Assembly (NCBI GenBank): GCA_044229145.1
Contig: JBGATO010000049.1
Location: 1 to 29,190 of the forward strand
Origin: Candidatus Eiseniibacteriota bacterium
GTDB lineage: Bacteria > Eisenbacteria > RBG-16-71-46 > CAZEPH01
DNA length: 29,190 nt
Direction: 5' to 3'
Shown: piece by piece, positions 1 to 8,300 of the stretch
Numbering within the stretch: the stretch's first letter is position 1
How the letters are laid out: each line of letters begins with the position of its first letter
The notes under the pieces: generated by a model
Database searches by the model: none
What the model saw: only the letters and a program-made list of their open reading frames with translations
What the model was told of the DNA's origin: nothing
Position numbers and translations under genes: made by a program

Positions 1-1
1 C

Positions 2-3000
2 GTCGTTGACGACGACACGGAAGGACACGGTTCCGCTCCCGAACGCGGGTACGTGGCCAAGTTCCCAACTCACGAAGCGACCCGCCACGTCAAAGCCGGC
101 TGGCGGCCGCGCGCTTCCAATCACATATGTTGTCTGAGGCGGTACGACATCCCGCAGCGTGAGCGGAAGAAGCGCCGCGCCACTGTTACGCCAGACGATC
201 GTGTAGGTCAGCGTGTCACCTGCCGCCGCCTGCGTACGGTTCACATGCTTCTCGAGCACGAGATCGGATCGCTCGACGCGGGTGTGCGTCGAATCGCTCG
301 GCGTCGGCGGCAGGTTGTCGCCGGCCGCGAGCGCCGCGTTGGCGATCATTGTGTGGAGCGGCGTCGCGTTATTGACGCGCGTCTGGAAGCTGACCTGCCA
401 CACCGCGCCGCGCGCCAACTCCGGCAGCGTCCACGTCACCAGCGGCGACGGCGTCGCCTGGTACGTCCCGCCGCCGGTAGCGCTATTTTCGACGTACGTG
501 GTGCGCGACGGCACCGCGTCGGTAAGCACGAAGTCGCGCACCGGTTCGGTGCCGATGTTGCGCACCAGCAACGTGTAGGTCAGCGGCTCGCCCGGCGCGA
601 CCACCGCGCGGTCCACCGTCTTCGCGACGCTCACCGCCGGCGCGGCGACGTGGTAGGTCGCCGCATCCACGTCGGCCACCTTGTGCCCACTCTCATCAAC
701 TGCGGACGCGCTGGCGATGTTGGCGATCACCTCGCCGTTCTGCACGCCCGGTGCGAGGTCGCAGATGAGCGTGATCTTGCTCGTGCTCCCCGGCGACAGC
801 GTGCCCGGAATCGTGAAGTTGACCGTCGTCTGGCCGTCCGGCGAATGGACGACGCCGCTCACGTACGACAGTGGCTCGGCGCTGGTGTAGAGCAGCTCGC
901 TCGGGATCGGGTCGGACACCGTGACGTTGTGCAGCGTCTGATCGCCGTTGTTGGTGACGTCCATCTCATAGAAGAGACGCGAACCGACAACCGCTGTCAG
1001 CGTCTTCTCGAGGTCGAGCGCGGCGCGCTTGAGTTGCAGCGGCAGCGTCTCCACCGCCGGCGGCGACTGCACGACCTCACCCGACGGCGCGGTGCCCTGC
1101 GCGGTCGCCGTGTTCGGCACCGGCTGCGTCGTGTACGCCGCCTCGTCCGACGACGTGGCGAAGGTCACGCGGATCTGCTCCGCGCGGCCCACCGGCAACG
1201 ACGCGAAGGTCCACGCCGGCGCGTCCGGCGTGCCGGTGAACGTCGCCGCGTTGGTGTTGTACGACGACGACACGTACGTGAGTCCGGCGCCCGGCAAGTC
1301 GGTGACGATGACGTTGGTGAGATCCGCGTCGCCGGTGTTGGTGGCGGTGAGCAGGTAGCTGACCTGCTCGCCCGGCACCAGGATGCCGGCGAGCGCGACC
1401 TTCGACACCGCGAGCGCCGGCATGCGGGCTTGCAGCGGCAACTGGTCGCTGTCGCTCGCGCTGACGCTCTGGCCGCTGGCGCCGGTGCCGGTCGCCGTGG
1501 CGACGTTGGTGACCGGCTGGGCGATGGCCGCCGGATCGTCCGCCGCGCGCAGCGTGACGCGAATCAGCTCGCTGGCGCCCGGCTGCATCGACGCGATCGA
1601 CCACACCGGCGTGGCCGGCATGCCGTTGAAGACGACGTGTGCGTGATCCCAATCGGACGACGCGTAGCTGAGGCCGGCCGGCAACTGCTCGGCCACCGCA
1701 ACGTTGGTCAGCGTCTGGTCGCCGGTGTTGGTGATGGTGAGCAGATACGGCACCTCGGCGCCCGGCACCACGACGCTCGCCAGCGACAGCTTGTTGACGC
1801 TGAGCGCCGCGCCGGTGGCTTGTACCGGCACCGACTCGCTCGCCTGGTCGGTCACCGGATGTCCGGTGACATCGGTGCCCGTCGCGGTCGCCGTGTTGAC
1901 CGTCGGGTTGAGCAACACCGCGGGATTGCCGCTGGCGGTGAAGACGACGCGCACTTCCTCGCTGCCGCCGATGGCCAGCGAGTCGAGTGTCCAGGACGGC
2001 GCCAGCACCGTGCCGCTCCAGTGCACCCGCGACGACACGTAGTTCGACGACGTGAAGGTGAGCCCGGCCGGCACGGTGTCGCTGATGCGCACATTGCGCA
2101 GCAACTGGTTGCCGGTGTTGGTGACCAGCAACTGGTAGCCGATCGTCTGGCCCGGCACGATGACCGACTCGAGCGCCGTCTTGTGCAGCGTGAGCTTGGC
2201 GTTCGGCAATTGCACCGGCAGCGACGCGTTGTCGCTGTCGAACACCGGCCCGCCGCCCACCGCAACGCCCGTCACGCTGGCGCTGTTGATGGTCGGGTCC
2301 TGCAGGCTGTCAGCGTCCATCGCGGCGTAGAACTTCACGCGGATCTGCTCGAGTTCGGTCGGCCGCAGGGTGTCGCCGGCGAGCAGGGTCCACGTCGGCT
2401 GCGGCACGCTGCTGAAGGAGAAGCGCGCGGCGTCGTACTCGGTGCTGACGTAGGTCAGGCCCGGCGGCACCTGCTCGCTCACCGCAAGCTGCACCAGCGG
2501 TGACGTGCCGCTGTTGACCAGCGTGAGCACGTAGGTGGTGAGGCTGCCCGGCACCAGCACCGACTCGACGCTGATCTTGTCGAGCGACACCGACTCGCCC
2601 GGGTTCTGCACCGGCAGGGACTCGCTCCCATTGGCGCTCACCGCGTTGCCGCTCGGATCGGTGCCCGCGACCGCCACCGTGTTCACCACCGGATTGACGA
2701 TGGCGCTGGGATCGGCGTTCGCCACGAAGCTGGCGCGGATCTGCTGCAAGCCGCCGAGCGGCAGAGACGCGATACGCCACACCGGCGCCGCCGGCGTGCC
2801 GGTGAAGGTCACGGCCGCCGCGTCGTAGTTCGAGTTGACGTACAGCAGGCCGACCGGCACCGCCTCGGTGACGTCGACGTCGGTGAGCGGCTGGTTGCCG
2901 TCGTTCTGCACCGTGATCGTGTAGTCCACGGTTTCGCCCGGCACCACGACGCCGCGCGAGGCGATCTTGCTCACGTGCATCGACGCGGACTGCAGTTGCA

Positions 3001-5380
3001 GCGGCAGCGTCTCGCCGTCCTCGTCGCTCACCGTCGCACCACCGGTGGTCTGCGCGGTGGCGGTGATGTGCGCGTACGCCGGATTCGCGATCTGCGTCTG
3101 GTCCGCCGCCGCGTGCAGCACGACGCGCCATTCCTGCTCGAGGCCCGCGGCGAACGAGCCGGCGATCGCCCACACCGGAGCCGCCGGCGTGCCGGTGAAG
3201 CTCACCGCCGTTGAGTCGAAGTCGCTCGACACGTAGCTGAGTCCGGCGGGCAGCGCGAGCGCGAGTTGCGTGCCGGTGAGCGCCTGCTCACCGTTGTTGG
3301 TGAGGTGCACGGTGTAGACGACGTCGGCGTTCGGCACTACGGCGCTCTGCGACGCGGTGATGTCGGCGCGCAGGCTGGCGCCCAGCACCACGACGTCGAG
3401 GCTCGCGGTGCCCGTCGTCGACACGCTGCCGCCGTTCTGGTCGGTCGCGGTCGCGGTGGCGACGTTGACCACCGGCGACGCGAGCGCCGACGGATCGCTG
3501 GCGGTGGCGAAGGTGGCGCGAATCGCCGCCTCTTCCCCGGCGCGCAGGGTGTCCACCGTCCACACGTGGTCGGTGCCGTTCAGCATGTAGTGGATGCGCG
3601 AGGCATCGCCGGTCCAGCCGCTGAAGGTGAGGCCCTGCGCCGCGAGGTCCGGCTCGGTGACGGTGACCGCGGTGAGCGTCTGCTCGCCGGTGTTGCGCGC
3701 GGTGAGCAGGTACGACGTCGGGTCGCCCGGGTGGATCGCCGCGTCGAGCGCGATCTTGTCGAGTTGCACACGCGACGCCAGCGCCTTCACGCCGAGCGAC
3801 GCGGTGCCGCTACCGCTCACCGCCTGGCCGTCCTGGTCGAGACCGGACGCACTGGCGACGTTGACGGTCGGCGAGGCGAGCGCGGCCGCGTTGGCGTCGG
3901 CCAGGTAGTCGACACGGATCGTCGACGTGGCGCCCGGCGCAAGCGCCGCGCTCATCGCCCAGTAGAGCGTGTCGTTGCCGCTCAGGAAGCCGAACAGCGC
4001 GCCGTCGTAGGTCGACGACGTGTAGGTAAGGCCGGCCACCGGCGGCTCGGTCACCACCACGCCGGTCAGCGTCTGACTACCGGTGTTGGTGAGAACGAGC
4101 TGGTAGGCCACCGGACCGCCCGGCACGATCTCGCCGGTGAGCGCCGTCTTGGCGAGCGTGAGCGCCGCCGGCGGCAGCACGAACGGCAGCGTGACGCCGT
4201 CGCTCGCGTTGACCACGGTGCCCATCGGGTCGGTGGCGGTGACGCTGGCGACGTTTTGCACCGAGTCCGCGCTCGGCACCGCGAAGCCGTAGTCGACGAT
4301 GTTGGCCGACGCGGTGACGAAGAGCTCGATTTGCTCCGCCTCGCCCGGCGCCAGCGGCTGCGTCAGCGTCCACGACGGATTCGGCGACGCGCCGAGGAAC
4401 TGCACGCGCACCGGATCGAAGTCGCTGGAGCGGTAGGTCAGCCCGCTCGCCAGCGGGTCGGTGATCGTGACGCCGCTCAAGTCGACGTCGCCTGCGTTCA
4501 GCACGGTGAGCACGTAGCCCACCGCGTCGCCCGGCGTCACCTGCGTCGTGGTCGCGATCTTGTCGAACGAGAGCCGCGGCGTGCCGGCGGTGATCGGCAG
4601 CGATTCGTGGTCCTCGTCGACGATGGTGCGGCCGACGACGTCCACCGCGCTCACGCTGACCTGCATGGTCACCGGCGTGGCGATCGTCCCGACGTTGCTC
4701 GACGCCGCGAGCACCAGGCGGATGTGCTGCACGCCCGCCGACGGCAGCGTGTCGGCGAACGTCCACTGCGGCGCCGCGGGCGTGCCGGTGAAGGCGAGCG
4801 CCGTCGAGTCGAACGTCGACGTGACGTAGCTCAAGCCGGCCGGCAACGTGAAGTCGACGTGCGTCTGGTCGAGCAGCGACGCGCCGTTGTTGACGACGGT
4901 GAGTTCGACCACCTGCTGCGCGCCCGGCGTGATCGACGGCACATCGGTGGAGACGTCGACGTACACCGCGCTCGAGTCGAGCGCGATCGGGAGTGTCTCG
5001 GTGTCGGAGTCGAGCGCGTTCGCGGCGAGCGCCTGACCCGTGGTCAGCGTCGCGCCGGTCACCGCCGCCGTGTTGGCGATGGCCCCGAGCCCGAGCGACG
5101 ACGGCACCAGCGTGGTGACGCGGATCTGCTCGCTGCTGCCCGACGGCAGCGAGGTGATCGTCCACTGCGCTTCGCCGGAGACGATGCCGTTGTAGACGAC
5201 GTGCGCGAAGTCGTACTGCGAGGTCACGTACTCGAGTTGCCCGCCGCCGAGGTTGTCGCGCAGCACGACGTTCTGCAGGTCCGGGCACGTCGTGTTCGAC
5301 ACCGTGAGCAAATACGTCGACTGTTCGCCCGGCCGCGCGACGCCGGCGGTCGCCGACTTCTGCACGTTGAGCGAGATCTG
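2..5380 (-). repeat. Tandem array of 14 diverged ~130-aa DUF11 repeats (~390 nt period), the last one partial
   Basis: Repeat starts read as VQKSA, VDVST, FDKIA, LAKTA, LDKIA, ADITA, VSKIA, LDKIS, LHKTA, VNKLS, VSKVA, LEKTL, VAKTV, LEKHV. The motifs FTGTP.AP.W, EQIRV and E(S/T)LP recur. Confidence 0.85.
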
Positions 5381-8300
5381 CTGGTCGATGACATCGGTGC
5401 GCGCGTCGGCGGACGAGTCGGCGCAGCAGCCTTCGGTGGCCGACGCGGTGCTGTTGATCGTGTAGGTCGAGGTCGGGACGTTGATGCGGTAGTAGACGCT
5501 CCACGTCTTGATCTCGCCCGGGTTGAGCGTCTGCCCGAGGATCTCGACGCGGCCGAAGTACAACGCGCCGAGCAGCGTCGAGTTGACGTAGGTGAGCAGC
5601 GAGTTGGTGAAGTAGTGCTCGAGGCGGATGTTGCGCGCCACGCCGTCGCCGCTGTTGCGGTAGGTAACGTCGAAGCGAATCGTGTCGCCGGGCGCCAGAC
5701 CGCAGTTGGGCGACAGGTCCACCGCGTCGATGTTCACCGTCACCGCCGGCTCCAAGCGCCGCACGGTGTCGACGTACGGACCGAGCGCCACCGACGGCGC
5801 GGTGGCCGCGTCGGCGCACCCGCGCAGCGTGACGTCGAGCGTGTTGAGGCCGTCGTCGAACGCGGCGCAGTTGTCCGCCGCGAGGTTCGCCACCTTGAGC
5901 GTGACGACGAGCGACTGGCCGGGCGCGAGCGTGACGTTGTCGCCGAGTTTCCAGGTCAGCGTGCCGGTGTCGCCGCTCGACGGACGGTCCGGCGGCGCCG
6001 GCGTCACCAAGCCGAGCGTCGAGTGGGTGACCGTCGACGCCAGCAGGGTGAGCCCCGGCGCGAGTTGATCGACGAGCTGGATGCCGTACGCCGTCGCGGC
6101 CGGGTCGTCGTTGGTGACGGTGAAGCTCCAGGTCACGGAATCGCCGCGCGTCGAGTCGGTGCATACCTGCACCGCCGGAATGTTCCGGCTGACCGTGAAG
6201 TCGGTCGGCGTCAGCAGCTCCGGATCGACGGCGAGCGCGTACTGCTGGCTGAAGATCTTCTGACCGCACAGCGTCTTGTATTCGCCGCTGGCGCGCAGCT
6301 CGCCGCCGGCGAACTGCGTCGACGCCTGCACCTGGAACGTCAGCGTCACCACGTCGCCGCTCGAGAGGTAGTCGGTGGAGAGGTGGTCGCGCATCAGCCA
6401 CAGCAGCTTGTCGCCGACCAGGAACGGATCGGCCGCGGTGCCGCTCGCCGTGGTCACAGTGGGCAGCGTGTTGCCGAACGAGTGCGCGATCGACAGGTGC
6501 GTGGTGCCCGGCACGTAAGCGACGCCGAGCGGCAGGAACTGCGACAGTTCGACGCCGGTGATCTGCGAGGCGCTGGCGTTGGTGAGCGTGACGGTGACCG
6601 AGTCCGGGTCGCAGGCACCCATGGTGGACGGCCCGGCGCTCGTCACGATGACCTGCGTCTCGGGGATCAGCACCGCGCCGCGGTCGCGCAGCTGCGCGCC
6701 GCTCTGGCAGATGTCGCCGAGACAGCCCCACTGCCCTTGCACGTCGACGATCAGCGAATCGCAGCCGACGATCCGCGTTTCGAGATCGACGTGGTAGGTG
6801 AGCCCGGCCGGGATCTCGTCGATGTGGTAGACGATCTGCGACGAGTCCGGAATCGGCAGCACTTCCACCGACCACGCGCTCGCCGGCAGCGCGGTGCCGT
6901 TCTGGTCGTAGACCTGCGAGTTGACGTACGACAGCGCGCCGTTGAGCGTCGCGGTGAGTTGCAGGTCGTGCGCGTTGCCGGCGCCGCCGTTGACCGCGTA
7001 GATCGTCCAGTGCACCGGGTTGACCGTCGCGAACGCCTGCTCCGGCGTCACGGTGACCGTGACGTCGGCGCTGTTGTCGATGACCGGCGCGCCGGTGGTG
7101 GTCACGGCGCGTGCGTTCTGGTCGATGTTGTTGGTGTCGTCGTTGTCGCACTTGTCGTCGTAGGCCAGGCGCACGAAGGTGCTCGCCGAGCCGCAGCGCT
7201 TGCGCACCGGCACGGTCAGCGTGCCGCTCACGAACGAGGCCGGGAGATCGCCGATCAGCCAGTACACGCCCGGCTCGCCGTTGCCGACGTCGTTGGTGCG
7301 GATCGGCGTGCCAACCTGCGGCAGGCCGACGATGGTCGGCGGCACGTACGCCGGATCGCTCGGATCGGTGATGACGTCGAAGTCGGTGGTCGAGACGAAG
7401 AGCGCGTTGTCGTAGGTGCCGTAGGCGCCGGACTTGGTGAGCGTGAGCGTCATCACGGTGTCGGCGTCGCAGACATCGGCCTGCTGCGGGAGCGTGAGCG
7501 AGACGCCCATCGTGCTGTGATCGACCACCAGTTCGACCGGCTCGTTGATGGTGCCGTCGCAGGTCATCGAGGCGTCGTCGTCCACCACGAAGCGGCCCCA
7601 GTCGAAGAAGCCGCCGGTGGACGAGCCGGTGGTCATGTCGTAGGTGAGGGTGACGGTGCAGTTTTGCGGACCGATGGCGAAGCCGCAGCCCGGCGTGGTC
7701 GCGAGGTCGTCGAGCACGCGCAGGTTCCACTCGATCTCGCCGCTGACCGTGGTGTCGGTGGGCGCCAGTTCGACCGAGCAGGTGTGGACGCCGTCGGTCA
7801 CCGTGACGAGCGCTTCGCCGCTTTCCACACCGCCGGCCGGGAAGGCGTAGCCGCGCAGCGTGAGGTCGTTGCGGGCCTGCTCGCGGAAGGTGATCTCGGA
7901 CCACGTCAGCGTCGCCGGGACGCCGGTCATCGCCAGCGTGTTGACGAGCGTGATCGGCGTGCAGACTTCCTCCGTCGCCGCGTCGGCGCCGTTGACGGTG
8001 CGCGTCATCTCGAAGCCGCACGACGGGTCGCCCGGCGTCGGACAGGTGTTGGCGATGGTGAGGCCGCTCGACGCGCTCACCGGACACGACGCCAGGCCGC
8101 ACGGGTTGGCGAGCGTGACGGTGGCGGTGTTGGCGCCCTCGGTGTCGCACTGGCCGGGCGTCGCCTGCAGCGTGACGCTCACCGTGTAGGTGTACGGGCC
8201 GGTGCCGCTCAAGTCGGCGGCCGTGATGTCCCACTGGTTGGTGCCGGTGGTGGGCGCCGGCGTCGCCGAGACGAACGTGAAGTTGCTCGGGTAGCTGTCG

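Noticed and set aside
2..5380. CRISPR array or DGR template/variable repeats
   Set aside because: The repeats are diverged coding domains with a ~390-nt period. There are no identical short repeats with spacers, no adenine-only mismatched pair, and no RT or cas gene.
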